This document shows, one piece after another, positions 1-10,108 of a stretch of DNA of 32,000 nt (its first letter is position 1; every line of letters starts with the position of its first letter). The notes beneath the pieces were generated by a model, which was given only the letters and a program-made list of their open reading frames with translations, was not told the origin of the DNA and did no database searches. Source of the stretch: Vibrio penaeicida (lineage in GTDB: Bacteria; Pseudomonadota; Gammaproteobacteria; Enterobacterales; Vibrionaceae); assembly GCF_002933855.1 (NCBI RefSeq), contig NZ_BFAQ01000011.1, forward strand, positions 29,442 through 61,441, in the 5' to 3' direction. Position numbers and translations under genes: made by a program.

Positions 1-209
1 ATAGGTTGAGTCGTGCGACGACCGCTGTTGACTAACGCGACATACTGAGAAGTACGTATATCACGACTTTCTAGAGAGAAAGACTGCCCATTCACCAATT
101 TCACGCTGCTCAAGGTTGGTGTCGGTGTGAGGTTTATTTGTTCTTCTTTCTGTGGAGAAGCGCAAGCTGCTAAAAGTGTCACAGATGCAGCAAGTATCAA
201 TTTTCTCAT
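1..209 (-). CDS. YajG-like lipoprotein (partial, 3' end beyond window edge)
   Basis: Reverse strand from 209 reads MRKLILAASVTLLAACASPQKEEQINLTPTPTLSSVKLVNGQSFSLESRDIRTSQYVALVNSG..., with a signal peptide and LAAC lipobox; runs off the left edge. Confidence 0.7.
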   Translation of the reverse strand, partial: MRKLILAASVTLLAACASPQKEEQINLTPTPTLSSVKLVNGQSFSLESRDIRTSQYVALVNSGRRTTQP

Positions 210-247
210 GACGAATTCCTTAATTAAACATTCTCGCAGGACGTTTT

Positions 248-1384
248 CTATTTTTTAGTGGCTTGTAATATAACAAATTTACGGTTCGATGCGACGAGCT
301 TAACCTGCGATTTTCCAAATAAGCGTTCAAGTTTTATATCGTAGCCTAGGTGACGGTTACCAATAACAAATAAATCCCCTCCACTACTAAGAACATGCTT
401 TGCATCACAGAACATCTGCCATGCAATGTGGTCTGTAACGGCTTGTTGTTGATGGAACGGGGGGTTACATAACACTAAGTAAGTACTCTCTTTTTCAAAT
501 CCATCAAGGCAATTATTGGCTATGCACTGGATATTGCGATCTTCACCCAGAGTTTCTGTGAGATTGCGCTTAGCTGATTCCACAGCCATGTAGCTTTCGT
601 CAACACAGGTAATATTTGCTTTGGGGTTTAATTGTCCGGCTTTAACAGAAAGAACGCCATTGCCACAACCGAGATCAAGAATGTGCTCTAGCCGGGGGTT
701 TTGAGGAATATGTTCAAGCATAAAACGTGCACCTAAATCGAGAGCCTCACCGGAATACACATTGGCGAGATTGGTCAGCGAGAAGCTTTCCCCATCCACT
801 TTCCATTTTGTTTCAGGTTCTGTCTTATGGCTGAGGGTAGAGTCCGGTATCGAGAATACAAGACGGTGCTTTTTCCACGCAAGAGAGGTCGTTGTGGTGC
901 CTAAGTGTTTTTCAAACAGCTTTAGTGTGGATGTGTGTATTTCTTTAACTTTGTTCACCGCCACTATTTGGCAGTGCGAAGGTAACACCGATCGCAATTG
1001 GTTGAGCTGATATGTTAAAAATCGATTAATTTTGGGGATCTGCATGAGCACTAAGTCGATATCGGTAGGAATGCTTTCTAAGCTGGTTAGAAAGTCGACT
1101 TTATTGCATTGATTCCGTTGCAGATTTTTTAGTGTTCCTCTATGTGATACGAATGAGTCCGTCATCATGGTGACGTGATGTTTTTCTGAAAACCAGCAAG
1201 ATAAAGCCCCAAAGTTATCATTCAGAATGAGGATTTTTTTTCCGTCTGAAACTTTAAGCTCTTTCTCAACGTAATTAATAAGGTATTCGTCACCAGCACT
1301 CCATGCCTGAAGTGTTTCTTGTGCTCGTTTGGGAAAGCGTTGCAGCGTTAAAGTTCGACCGTCGATGTGTAGCTCGGTATTCAT
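248..1384 (-). CDS. rlmG: 23S rRNA (guanine-N2)-methyltransferase RlmG-like
   Basis: 378 aa; LDLGCGNGVLSVKA SAM-binding motif and NPPFHQQQAVTD catalytic motif typical of the RlmG/RsmC family; two-domain architecture. Confidence 0.9.
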   Translation of the reverse strand: MNTELHIDGRTLTLQRFPKRAQETLQAWSAGDEYLINYVEKELKVSDGKKILILNDNFGALSCWFSEKHHVTMMTDSFVSHRGTLKNLQRNQCNKVDFLTSLESIPTDIDLVLMQIPKINRFLTYQLNQLRSVLPSHCQIVAVNKVKEIHTSTLKLFEKHLGTTTTSLAWKKHRLVFSIPDSTLSHKTEPETKWKVDGESFSLTNLANVYSGEALDLGARFMLEHIPQNPRLEHILDLGCGNGVLSVKAGQLNPKANITCVDESYMAVESAKRNLTETLGEDRNIQCIANNCLDGFEKESTYLVLCNPPFHQQQAVTDHIAWQMFCDAKHVLSSGGDLFVIGNRHLGYDIKLERLFGKSQVKLVASNRKFVILQATKK

Positions 1385-1622
1385 TGTGCTTGGTTTCTAA
1401 TGGGCTATGAGCGCATTGTCGCAGAAAGCGGCAAATTCTAGAAATGAAAATAAAAACAAACGGCTTGAATACATCGGGAAGGGGCTCATTTTGGGCTTTT
1501 TATTCTTGAAAAGCCATTTTGATCGGTTATCTGGTCTTAGAATGTTGGGATACTGATAACAAGGACATAGCAGGCGATCGTCAGTAAGGTATAATCAAAT
1601 AAAAATTGAGCAAGGAATAAAC

Positions 1623-1937
1623 ATGATTCATGAAATCATTGAAGAAAAACTGCGCAGTGCTTTTGAGCCAAAGCACTTAGAAGTACTTAATGAAAGCTAC
1701 ATGCATAATGTCCCTAAAGGATCTGAAAGCCACTTTAAAGTGATCATCGTCAGCCAAGCGTTTGAAAACTTGAGACTGGTTGCTCGTCACCGCAAAGTTA
1801 ATGGCGTATTGATAGAAGAATTAGAAAATCACATACACGCTCTCTCTATTCATACCTATACTGAATCAGAATGGCTGCAACAAACGGATGGTGCTCCAGA
1901 GAGTCCAATGTGTTTGGGTGGAAGCAAACTGGGTTGA
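1623..1937 (+). CDS. bolA: BolA family protein
   Basis: 104 aa; [42 protein letters not shown] is the BolA fold signature. Confidence 0.92.
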   Translation: MIHEIIEEKLRSAFEPKHLEVLNESYMHNVPKGSESHFKVIIVSQAFENLRLVARHRKVNGVLIEELENHIHALSIHTYTESEWLQQTDGAPESPMCLGGSKLG

Positions 1938-1941
1938 TATT

Positions 1942-1964
1942 AAGGCGGCGTGGCTGCCTTTTTT
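1942..1964 (+). terminator. Rho-independent terminator after bolA
   Basis: aaggcggc-gtg-gctgcctt stem-loop (8 bp with one GU pair) followed by tttt. Confidence 0.8.
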
Positions 1965-2347
1965 GTGTGATTACTCGTTGAGTGAAAGAATATTAAAGAA
2001 GTGAATTGTTAAAAAAACATATAAATAAAAATGAATGGCTTAAGTCGAAATATTTTTATGAAATATTAACATTTGTGCGACAGTTCAAACTTATTCACTT
2101 TGATTAGCTAATCTATAACCAACATACAAAAAATTACAGATTTATCCAATGCATGGTCATGGCATCACCTTCACAAAAGATGCTAGACTATCGCACCTGA
2201 TAAAACTCGCTATTTTTTGTGACGAGTTAATTAAGAGGATGTTGCGATTTTGACCAGGGTGTCAGGTCAAAACCGGACACAAAATGTCGTGTCTAACTTT
2301 TACGCAATTAAAAGAATCTTTTTCCCGATAAAGTAGTGCAAGTGCGT

Positions 2348-3688
2348 ATGATTACAATAAATAAGGGCTTGGATATTCCAATTTCTGGAGTTCCATCCCA
2401 GGTGATAAGTGATGGCAAGTCCATCAATAAAGTCGCCTTGCTTGGCGAAGAGTACGTTGGAATGCGTCCTACGATGCATGTTCGCGTAGGCGATGAAGTG
2501 AAGAAAGGTCAGGCTCTTTTTGAAGACAAGAAGAACCCTGGCGTATTATTTACTTCTCCAGCAAGTGGTAAAGTCATTGAAGTTAACCGAGGCGCAAAGC
2601 GCGTTCTTCAATCTGTAGTGATTGAAGTTTCTGGTGATGAGAAAGTGACTTTCGACAGTTACACAGCCGATAAATTAGTGAGCCTTGAACGTGAAGCGAT
2701 CAAAACTCAACTGGTTAATTCTGGTGCGTGGACTGCACTCCGTACTCGTCCGTTCAGCAAGGTTCCCGCGATCGAGTCTTCAACTCAAGCTATCTTTGTA
2801 ACCGCTATGGATACCAACCCATTGTCGGCAGATGCTGGAGTGATCATTAACGAGCAGTCTGATGCTTTCACAGCCGGTTTGGACGTTCTTTCTCGTCTAA
2901 CGGATGGCAAAGTATTGGTATGTAAGAACGGTGAAAGCCTTCCTCGCTCATCTCAATCGAATGTTGAAGAACATGTATTTGATGGACCACACCCTGCTGG
3001 GCTTGTTGGTACACACATGCATTTCCTTTACCCAGTTAACGAAGAATACGTTGCTTGGAGCATCAACTACCAAGATGTGATTGCAATAGGTCATCTCTTC
3101 CTTACTGGTGAAGTCTATTCAGACCGTGTTGTTTCTCTGGCAGGTCCAGTGGTAAACAATCCTCGTCTAGTACGTACAACAATGGGTGCAAACCTAGATC
3201 AGCTTACCGATGGTGAGATGATGCCTGGTGATGTACGTATTATTTCTGGTTCTGTACTAGCTGGTACTCAAGCGAAAGGTCCTCATGCTTTCCTTGGTCG
3301 TTACCACCTTCAAGTGTCTGCACTTCGTGAAGGCTATGAAAAAGAGTTATTTGGCTGGGCGATGCCTGGTAAGAACAAATACTCTATAACTCGTGCATAT
3401 TTTGGTCACCTGTTCTCAGGGCGTCTGTTTAACATGACAACAACGACCAACGGTAGTGATCGTTCTATGGTGCCAATCGGTAACTATGAGAAGGTATTAC
3501 CACTGGATATGGAACCAACTCTGCTGCTTCGTGACCTATGTGCCGGCGATACTGATAGTGCTCAGTCACTCGGTGCGCTTGAGCTGGACGAAGAAGATTT
3601 AGCGCTGTGTACTTTTGTGTGCCCAGGTAAATATGATTACGGCGAGTTGCTTCGTGAATGTCTAGACAAGATCGAGAAGGAAGGTTAA
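2348..3688 (+). CDS. nqrA: Na+-translocating NADH:quinone reductase subunit A
   Basis: [14 protein letters not shown]...; full-length NqrA; ORF track starts at the upstream GTG (2336), but ATG 2348 is the canonical start. Confidence 0.97.
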   Translation: MITINKGLDIPISGVPSQVISDGKSINKVALLGEEYVGMRPTMHVRVGDEVKKGQALFEDKKNPGVLFTSPASGKVIEVNRGAKRVLQSVVIEVSGDEKVTFDSYTADKLVSLEREAIKTQLVNSGAWTALRTRPFSKVPAIESSTQAIFVTAMDTNPLSADAGVIINEQSDAFTAGLDVLSRLTDGKVLVCKNGESLPRSSQSNVEEHVFDGPHPAGLVGTHMHFLYPVNEEYVAWSINYQDVIAIGHLFLTGEVYSDRVVSLAGPVVNNPRLVRTTMGANLDQLTDGEMMPGDVRIISGSVLAGTQAKGPHAFLGRYHLQVSALREGYEKELFGWAMPGKNKYSITRAYFGHLFSGRLFNMTTTTNGSDRSMVPIGNYEKVLPLDMEPTLLLRDLCAGDTDSAQSLGALELDEEDLALCTFVCPGKYDYGELLRECLDKIEKEG

Positions 3689-3691
3689 GTC

Positions 3692-4936
3692 ATGGCCCTA
3701 AAGAAGTTTCTTGAAGATATAGAGCACCATTTTGAACCTGGTGGCAAACATGAAAAATGGTTTGCACTGTACGAAGCTGTAGCAACAGTATTCTATACAC
3801 CTGGTTTGGTGACAAAACGTGGTTCACACGTTCGTGATAGCGTTGACTTAAAACGCATCATGATCATGGTTTGGTTTGCGACGTTCCCAGCAATTTTCTG
3901 GGGTATGTACAACGCAGGTAACCAAGCAATTATGGGTCTTAACCATCTTTACCAAGGTGCAGAACTAGCAAGTGTTGTTGCTGGTAACTGGCACTATTGG
4001 TTAACAGAGATGATTGCCGGTCCAGTTTCCGTTGAAGCCGGGTGGGGAACCAAGATGATTCTTGGTGCAACCTACTTCTTGCCGATTTACTTAACAGTAT
4101 TTGCGGTAGGTGGCTTCTGGGAAGTTCTATTCTGTATGGTTCGTAAGCACGAAGTAAACGAAGGCTTCTTTGTTACTTCAATCTTGTTTGCGTTAATCGT
4201 TCCGCCAACACTTCCTCTTTGGCAAGCAGCGCTAGGTATTACCTTCGGTGTTGTAGTCGCGAAAGAAATCTTTGGTGGTACAGGTCGTAACTTCCTTAAC
4301 CCAGCACTTGCTGGTCGCGCATTCCTATTCTTTGCATACCCAGCTCAAATCTCTGGTGATGTAGTTTGGACTGCAGCGGATGGTTTCTCTGGTGCAACTG
4401 CTCTTAGCCAATGGGCTCAAGGCGGTAACGGTGCGCTAGTGAACACTATCACAGGTGATGCGATCACTTGGATGGATGCTTTCCTAGGTAATATCCCAGG
4501 TTCTATCGGTGAAGTGTCGACTCTGGCGCTTATGATCGGTGCTGCGTTTATTGTTTATATCGGTGTTGCCTCGTGGCGAATCATCATTGGTGTGCTTTTA
4601 GGTATGGTGGCGACGTCATTCCTGTTCAACGTCATTGGTTCGGACACTAACCCATTGTTCAGCATGCCGTGGCACTGGCACCTAGTTTTGGGTGGTTTTG
4701 CATTTGGTATGTTCTTCATGGCAACCGACCCAGTATCTGCTTCCTTTACCAACAAAGGTAAATGGGCGTACGGTGCACTGATTGGCGCAATGTGTGTGAT
4801 GATTCGTGTGGTTAACCCAGCTTACCCAGAAGGTATGATGCTGGCGATTCTATTTGCGAACCTATTCGCACCTCTGTTCGACCACGTCGTGATCGAGAAG
4901 AACATCAAGCGGAGAAAAGCACGTTATGGCAAGTAG
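3692..4936 (+). CDS. nqrB: Na+-translocating NADH:quinone reductase subunit B
   Basis: 414 aa membrane protein; [12 protein letters not shown] flavinylation (covalent FMN-threonine) motif. Confidence 0.97.
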   Translation: MALKKFLEDIEHHFEPGGKHEKWFALYEAVATVFYTPGLVTKRGSHVRDSVDLKRIMIMVWFATFPAIFWGMYNAGNQAIMGLNHLYQGAELASVVAGNWHYWLTEMIAGPVSVEAGWGTKMILGATYFLPIYLTVFAVGGFWEVLFCMVRKHEVNEGFFVTSILFALIVPPTLPLWQAALGITFGVVVAKEIFGGTGRNFLNPALAGRAFLFFAYPAQISGDVVWTAADGFSGATALSQWAQGGNGALVNTITGDAITWMDAFLGNIPGSIGEVSTLALMIGAAFIVYIGVASWRIIIGVLLGMVATSFLFNVIGSDTNPLFSMPWHWHLVLGGFAFGMFFMATDPVSASFTNKGKWAYGALIGAMCVMIRVVNPAYPEGMMLAILFANLFAPLFDHVVIEKNIKRRKARYGK

Positions 4937-5714
4937 TAACGATAGCATTAAAAAGACGCTGGGTGTTGTTGTCGGATTGAGCTTGGTTTGTTCAATCGTC
5001 GTATCAACAGCAGCCGTAGGTCTACGTGGTCAACAGAAGGCAAATGCTGTTCTGGATAAGCAAAGCAAGATTGTTGAAGTTGCGGGCTACCAAGCAAGCA
5101 GCCCTGCAGAAGTTCGTGAACTGTTTGGTGAAAAAATCGAACCTCGCTTGGTTGATTTCAACACAGGTGAATACGTTCAGGAAACTGAAGACGGTTTAAC
5201 TGCTTCAAATTACGATCAGCGTAAAGCCTCTAAAGATCTTTCTCAGTCGATTAAACTGACGTCTGAAGACGACAAAGCAAAGATCCTTCGTCGTGCAAAC
5301 TTAGGAACGGTTTACCTAGTTAAAGATGGCAGTGACTTTTCTAAAGTTATTATCCCTGTTCATGGAACTGGTCTATGGTCAATGATGTACGCATTTGTTG
5401 CTGTTGAAACAGACGGTAACACAGTGTCGGGTATTACTTACTACGAGCAAGGTGAAACTCCTGGTCTTGGTGGTGAGGTTGAAAACCCAACTTGGCGTGC
5501 ACAGTGGGTAGGTAAGAAACTATTCGACGAAAACCACCAGCCAGCAATCAAGGTTGTTAAAGGTGGCGCACCAGCCGGTTCTGAGCACGGTGTTGATGGT
5601 CTATCTGGCGCAACACTAACTGGTAACGGTGTTCAGGGTACATTCGACTTCTGGCTGGGTGAGAAGGGCTTTGGTCCATTCCTAGCTAAAGTTCGTGACG
5701 GAGGTCTGAACTAA
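4926..5714 (+). CDS. nqrC: Na+-translocating NADH:quinone reductase subunit C
   Basis: 262 aa; [12 protein letters not shown] covalent FMN motif; overlaps the nqrB end. Confidence 0.97.
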   Translation: MASSNDSIKKTLGVVVGLSLVCSIVVSTAAVGLRGQQKANAVLDKQSKIVEVAGYQASSPAEVRELFGEKIEPRLVDFNTGEYVQETEDGLTASNYDQRKASKDLSQSIKLTSEDDKAKILRRANLGTVYLVKDGSDFSKVIIPVHGTGLWSMMYAFVAVETDGNTVSGITYYEQGETPGLGGEVENPTWRAQWVGKKLFDENHQPAIKVVKGGAPAGSEHGVDGLSGATLTGNGVQGTFDFWLGEKGFGPFLAKVRDGGLN

Positions 5715-6346
5715 TGTCTAGTGCAAAAGATATTAAAAAGAGTGTCTTAGCGCCAGTATTGGATAACAACCCAATCGCGCTTCAGGTACTTGGTGTGTGT
5801 TCTGCACTAGCAGTAACCACCAAACTAGAAACAGCGTTTGTAATGACTCTTGCGGTTATTTTCGTAACAGCACTGTCAAACTTCTTTGTTTCTTTGATCC
5901 GTAACCACATTCCAAACAGTGTTCGTATTATCGTACAGATGGCGATCATTGCTTCTTTGGTAATCGTGGTAGACCAAATCCTAAAAGCTTACTTATACGA
6001 TATCTCTAAGCAGCTATCTGTATTCGTTGGTCTGATCATTACAAACTGTATCGTAATGGGTCGTGCAGAAGCATTTGCTATGAAATCTGCACCTCTACCG
6101 TCTTTAATTGATGGTATTGGTAACGGTCTTGGTTACGGTTTTGTACTGATTACAGTTGGCTTCTTCCGCGAACTATTCGGTAGCGGCAAACTATTTGGTA
6201 TGGAAGTACTTCCGCTGGTAAGTAATGGCGGTTGGTATCAACCAAACGGTCTAATGCTTCTGGCACCATCTGCATTCTTCTTGATCGGTTTCCTAATCTG
6301 GGCGATCCGTGTGTTCAAGCCAGAACAAGTAGAAGCGAAGGAGTAA
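5714..6346 (+). CDS. nqrD: Na+-translocating NADH:quinone reductase subunit D
   Basis: 210 aa, multi-TM, NqrD sequence; TAATG overlap with nqrC. Confidence 0.97.
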   Translation: MSSAKDIKKSVLAPVLDNNPIALQVLGVCSALAVTTKLETAFVMTLAVIFVTALSNFFVSLIRNHIPNSVRIIVQMAIIASLVIVVDQILKAYLYDISKQLSVFVGLIITNCIVMGRAEAFAMKSAPLPSLIDGIGNGLGYGFVLITVGFFRELFGSGKLFGMEVLPLVSNGGWYQPNGLMLLAPSAFFLIGFLIWAIRVFKPEQVEAKE

Positions 6347-6353
6347 GGTCGTC

Positions 6354-6950
6354 ATGGAACATTATATTAGTCTGCTAGTTAAATCGATTTTCATCGAAAA
6401 CATGGCACTGTCTTTCTTCTTGGGTATGTGTACATTCCTTGCGGTATCCAAGAAAGTTAAGACTTCTTTTGGCTTAGGTGTCGCTGTTGTCGTAGTACTT
6501 ACTATTGCAGTACCGGTAAACAACTTAGTTTACAACCTTGTGCTTAAAGAGAACGCTCTGGTTGAAGGTGTTGACCTGAGCTTCCTGAACTTCATTACCT
6601 TCATTGGTGTAATTGCAGCATTGGTACAGATTCTAGAGATGGTTTTAGACCGTTTCTTCCCGCCTCTGTACAACGCACTGGGTATTTTCCTTCCGCTGAT
6701 CACAGTTAACTGTGCAATCTTCGGTGGTGTATCTTTCATGGTGCAGCGTGATTACAACTTTGCTGAGTCCGTAGTTTACGGTTTCGGTTCTGGTGTAGGT
6801 TGGATGCTTGCTATCGTTGCGTTAGCAGGTATTCGTGAGAAGATGAAGTACTCAGACGTTCCTCCAGGTTTACGTGGTCTTGGTATCACATTTATCTCTG
6901 TAGGTCTGATGGCACTGGGCTTCATGTCATTCTCTGGTGTTCAACTGTAA
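6354..6950 (+). CDS. nqrE: Na+-translocating NADH:quinone reductase subunit E
   Basis: 198 aa, [37 protein letters not shown]. Confidence 0.97.
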   Translation: MEHYISLLVKSIFIENMALSFFLGMCTFLAVSKKVKTSFGLGVAVVVVLTIAVPVNNLVYNLVLKENALVEGVDLSFLNFITFIGVIAALVQILEMVLDRFFPPLYNALGIFLPLITVNCAIFGGVSFMVQRDYNFAESVVYGFGSGVGWMLAIVALAGIREKMKYSDVPPGLRGLGITFISVGLMALGFMSFSGVQL

Positions 6951-6967
6951 GGCATAAGGAATAGTCA

Positions 6968-8191
6968 ATGGACATTATTCTTGGTGTAGTGATGTTTACA
7001 CTGATTGTTCTAGCCCTAGTTTTGGTTATTTTATTTGCCAAATCTAAGCTAGTACCAACAGGTGACATTACCATTTCCGTAAACGGCGATCCTGAAAAAG
7101 CGATCGTTTCTCAACCAGGTAGCAAGCTGCTAAGTTCTCTTGCTGGCGCTGGTGTATTCGTTTCATCTGCTTGTGGTGGCGGTGGCTCTTGTGGTCAGTG
7201 TCGTGTGAAAGTGAAATCTGGTGGTGGCGACATTCTACCAACAGAACTGGATCACATTACTAAAGGTGAAGCCCGTGAAGGTGAGCGTCTGGCTTGTCAG
7301 GTGGCAGTGAAAACTGACATGGACATCGAGCTTCCAGAAGAAATCTTCGGCGTTAAAAAGTGGGAATGTACGGTTATCTCTAACGATAACAAAGCGACAT
7401 TCATCAAAGAACTTAAGATTCAGATTCCTGATGGCGAGTCAGTACCTTTCCGTGCGGGTGGTTACATTCAAATCGAAGCGCCAGTTCACCACGTGAAATA
7501 CGCTGATTACGATATTCCTGACGAATACCGTGAAGACTGGGACAAGTTCAACCTGTTCCGCTATGAGTCTAAAGTTAACGAAGAAACCATTCGTGCTTAC
7601 TCAATGGCTAACTACCCTGAAGAAGAAGGTATTATTATGCTGAACGTGCGTATCGCTACGCCGCCGCCTAATAATCCTGATGTACCACCTGGTATCATGT
7701 CTTCGTACATCTGGTCTCTTAAAGAAGGTGACAAGTGTACGATCTCTGGTCCATTTGGTGAATTCTTCGCGAAAGATACAGATGCTGAAATGGTATTCGT
7801 TGGTGGTGGTGCCGGTATGGCGCCAATGCGTTCGCATATCTTCGATCAGCTTAAGCGTCTGAACTCTAGCCGTAAGATGTCATTCTGGTACGGTGCACGT
7901 TCTAAGCGTGAGATGTTCTACGTAGAAGACTTTGACGGTCTGCAATCTGAAAACGATAACTTCGTTTGGCACTGTGCTCTATCAGATCCAATGCCAGAAG
8001 ATAACTGGGAAGGTTACACAGGCTTCATCCACAACGTATTGTACGAAAACTACCTGAAGGACCATGATGCTCCTGAAGATTGTGAGTACTACATGTGTGG
8101 TCCACCGATGATGAATGCGGCTGTTATCGGCATGCTGAAAGATCTTGGTGTAGAAGACGAAAACATCCTATTGGATGACTTCGGTGGCTAA
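6968..8191 (+). CDS. nqrF: Na+-translocating NADH:quinone reductase subunit F
   Basis: 407 aa; 2Fe-2S motif [10 protein letters not shown] plus FAD/NADH oxidoreductase domain ([12 protein letters not shown]). Confidence 0.97.
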   Translation: MDIILGVVMFTLIVLALVLVILFAKSKLVPTGDITISVNGDPEKAIVSQPGSKLLSSLAGAGVFVSSACGGGGSCGQCRVKVKSGGGDILPTELDHITKGEAREGERLACQVAVKTDMDIELPEEIFGVKKWECTVISNDNKATFIKELKIQIPDGESVPFRAGGYIQIEAPVHHVKYADYDIPDEYREDWDKFNLFRYESKVNEETIRAYSMANYPEEEGIIMLNVRIATPPPNNPDVPPGIMSSYIWSLKEGDKCTISGPFGEFFAKDTDAEMVFVGGGAGMAPMRSHIFDQLKRLNSSRKMSFWYGARSKREMFYVEDFDGLQSENDNFVWHCALSDPMPEDNWEGYTGFIHNVLYENYLKDHDAPEDCEYYMCGPPMMNAAVIGMLKDLGVEDENILLDDFGG

Positions 8192-8213
8192 ACCCATCTA
8201 AGTAATTGATTTG

Positions 8214-8246
8214 TGGCTGACTCGTATGAGTCAGCCATTTATTTTT
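8214..8246 (+). terminator. Rho-independent terminator after nqrF
   Basis: tggctgactc-gtat-gagtcagcca perfect 10-bp stem followed by tttattttt. Confidence 0.9.
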
Positions 8247-8346
8247 GTAAATCAAGTTGCTATAGAACAGTATCCAGAACAACAAACGCTAAAGTATTGG
8301 GTATTTTTCTCTATCAACTTAAATAATTATAAGCAGGAGTGAGCAA

Positions 8347-9351
8347 GTGAAATACTGGCTTGTTGTCTTAACTTCCTTATTGTTTCTAGCTGGTTGCAGT
8401 CAGCCGAAAGAACAAATCCACTTATCCGGTCCTACTATGGGAACGACTTACAATATTAAATATATTGAGGTCGATGGTGCGCCAGCATCTGCCGATATTC
8501 AGAAAGAAGTCGATAAGTTACTGGAATTAGTGAATGACCAGATGTCGACGTATCGCAAGGATTCAGAGCTTAGTCGTTTTAACCAATACAAAGGTAACGA
8601 AGCATTTAAGGTGTCCGCTGAAACCGCAATCGTAGTGAAAGAAGCGATTCGCCTGAATGAGCTTACTCGTGGTGCATTGGATGTGACTGTTGGTCCTCTC
8701 GTTAATTTATGGGGCTTTGGACCAGAAGCTCGACCGGAAGTGGTGCCAAGTGATGAAGAACTAAGTGCTCGAAAAGCCATGACGGGAATATCATATTTAA
8801 GCGCGACTTCTACTACTCTGACAAAGACGCTGCCAGAGCTGTATGTTGACCTTTCTACCATTGCAAAAGGTTGGGGGGTAGATGTCGTTGCCAATTATGT
8901 TGAGTCGCTAGGCATTCACAATTACATGGTTGAAATTGGTGGTGAGATTCGCGTAAAAGGTGTTAATCAAAGCGAAGAAGCGTGGAGAATCGCCATTGAG
9001 AAACCTTCAACCACAGAGCGTGCGATTCAAGAAATTATTGAACCTGGTGACATGGCGATTGCTACTTCAGGGGATTACCGAAATTATTTTGAAAAGGATG
9101 GTATTCGATACTCGCATATTATCAATCCACAATCAGGAAAGCCGATCGATCATAAAGTGGTATCGGTTACGGTTCTTCACCCTTCTAGTATGACGGCCGA
9201 TGGCTTATCTACTGGTATTATGGTGTTAGGTGAAGACGCTGGTCTGGAAATCGCGAACGAAAATGACCTTGCCGTTATGATCATTGTAAAAACAGAGCAA
9301 GGGTTCGAAGAAATCTATTCAGACGCATTTAAGAAGTATTTAAATAAATAA
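8347..9351 (+). CDS. apbE: FAD:protein FMN transferase (lipoprotein)
   Basis: 334 aa; LFLAGC lipobox; GPTMGTTYNIKY, GxDVVAN and PEPGDMAIATSGDYRNYFEKDG-type ApbE motifs (here IIEPGDMAIATSGDYRNYF); located next to nqr. Confidence 0.95.
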   Translation: MKYWLVVLTSLLFLAGCSQPKEQIHLSGPTMGTTYNIKYIEVDGAPASADIQKEVDKLLELVNDQMSTYRKDSELSRFNQYKGNEAFKVSAETAIVVKEAIRLNELTRGALDVTVGPLVNLWGFGPEARPEVVPSDEELSARKAMTGISYLSATSTTLTKTLPELYVDLSTIAKGWGVDVVANYVESLGIHNYMVEIGGEIRVKGVNQSEEAWRIAIEKPSTTERAIQEIIEPGDMAIATSGDYRNYFEKDGIRYSHIINPQSGKPIDHKVVSVTVLHPSSMTADGLSTGIMVLGEDAGLEIANENDLAVMIIVKTEQGFEEIYSDAFKKYLNK

Positions 9352-9366
9352 TAGGAGTCGTGAGCA

Positions 9367-9600
9367 ATGGCTACGTTTATCGTTACATTTGGATTTTTCT
9401 TGGCAATTGTCACCGCCATGTCTGTCGGTTACATCTTCCAAAAGAAAGTTGTGAGAGGAAGTTGTGGCGGATTGGATGCCGTTGGCATTGATAAAGTGTG
9501 TAACTGTCCAGAACCATGTGATGCGCGTAAAAAGCGTGAAGCACGTGAGGCAATCCGTGCTGAAAAAATCGCTGCTTGGGAAAAAGATAAAATTCTCTAA
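9367..9600 (+). CDS. nqrM: (Na+)-NQR maturation protein NqrM
   Basis: 77 aa; one TM plus Cys-rich CGGLDAVGIDKVCNCPEPCD motif; adjacent to apbE. Confidence 0.93.
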   Translation: MATFIVTFGFFLAIVTAMSVGYIFQKKVVRGSCGGLDAVGIDKVCNCPEPCDARKKREAREAIRAEKIAAWEKDKIL

Positions 9601-9641
9601 GCTTTTAGCTTAAGAAGCAGATAAAATCGAAGATGTTAAAA

Positions 9642-9672
9642 GTTCAGCCGTTGCTGAGCTTTTTTATTTTTT
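9642..9672 (+). terminator. Rho-independent terminator after nqrM
   Basis: gttcagc-cgtt-gctgagc stem followed by a T-rich run ttttttatttttt. Confidence 0.8.
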
Positions 9673-9724
9673 GGGGATACTGGGGGTATTTCGTAGTTAG
9701 CCAAAGAGGCTAGACAGACAGCAT

Positions 9725-10099
9725 TTAAATCGATGGGCTGGTTAGCGTAACGGAGTAGCGCCATGGTTTCCCGTTTTCAGTATTGATTTCCATGCTGGCA
9801 TTTTTACCATCGTTTGTACTCAGTGTCAGCGACGGCAGTTCTAATGAAGTTGGTCCACCTCTCTCATTACAAGTAACGTTGCCGGTGAGCTCTACATTAC
9901 CTAATGAATCTGGCGTTATCTTCGCGAGGAATTTGCATTCCCCCGATACCGCTGCTCCCCATTCATTCGCTTCTAGGAAAGCTTCAAAATATTGGCGCTG
10001 ACCTTGTCGTTCTAGCGTAATACATGCCTTGTAGTCAAAATTAGCAGCTGCTGGAAAGCTGGTAGTGACCAACAATAAACACGTCATCCGAATGTTCAT
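9725..10099 (-). CDS. Small secreted/periplasmic protein of unknown function, last gene of the candidate operon
   Basis: 124 aa with an N-terminal signal peptide (MNIRMTCLLLVTTSFPAAA); starts about 10 bp downstream of the AsmA-like gene. Confidence 0.7.
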   Translation of the reverse strand: MNIRMTCLLLVTTSFPAAANFDYKACITLERQGQRQYFEAFLEANEWGAAVSGECKFLAKITPDSLGNVELTGNVTCNERGGPTSLELPSLTLSTNDGKNASMEINTENGKPWRYSVTLTSPSI

Positions 10100-10108
10100 T
10101 CTTCACCT

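Noticed and set aside
762-1010. Plus-strand ORF inside rlmG, and similar antisense ORFs (e.g. 4555-4755, 7601-7837, 8499-8894, 18629-19036, 24746-25135)
   Set aside because: Fully overlapped by well-supported genes on the opposite strand, with no recognisable domains or independent initiation signals.
2336-2347. Upstream GTG start for nqrA
   Set aside because: The ATG at 2348 gives the conserved MITI.KGLD N-terminus, so the extension is unlikely.
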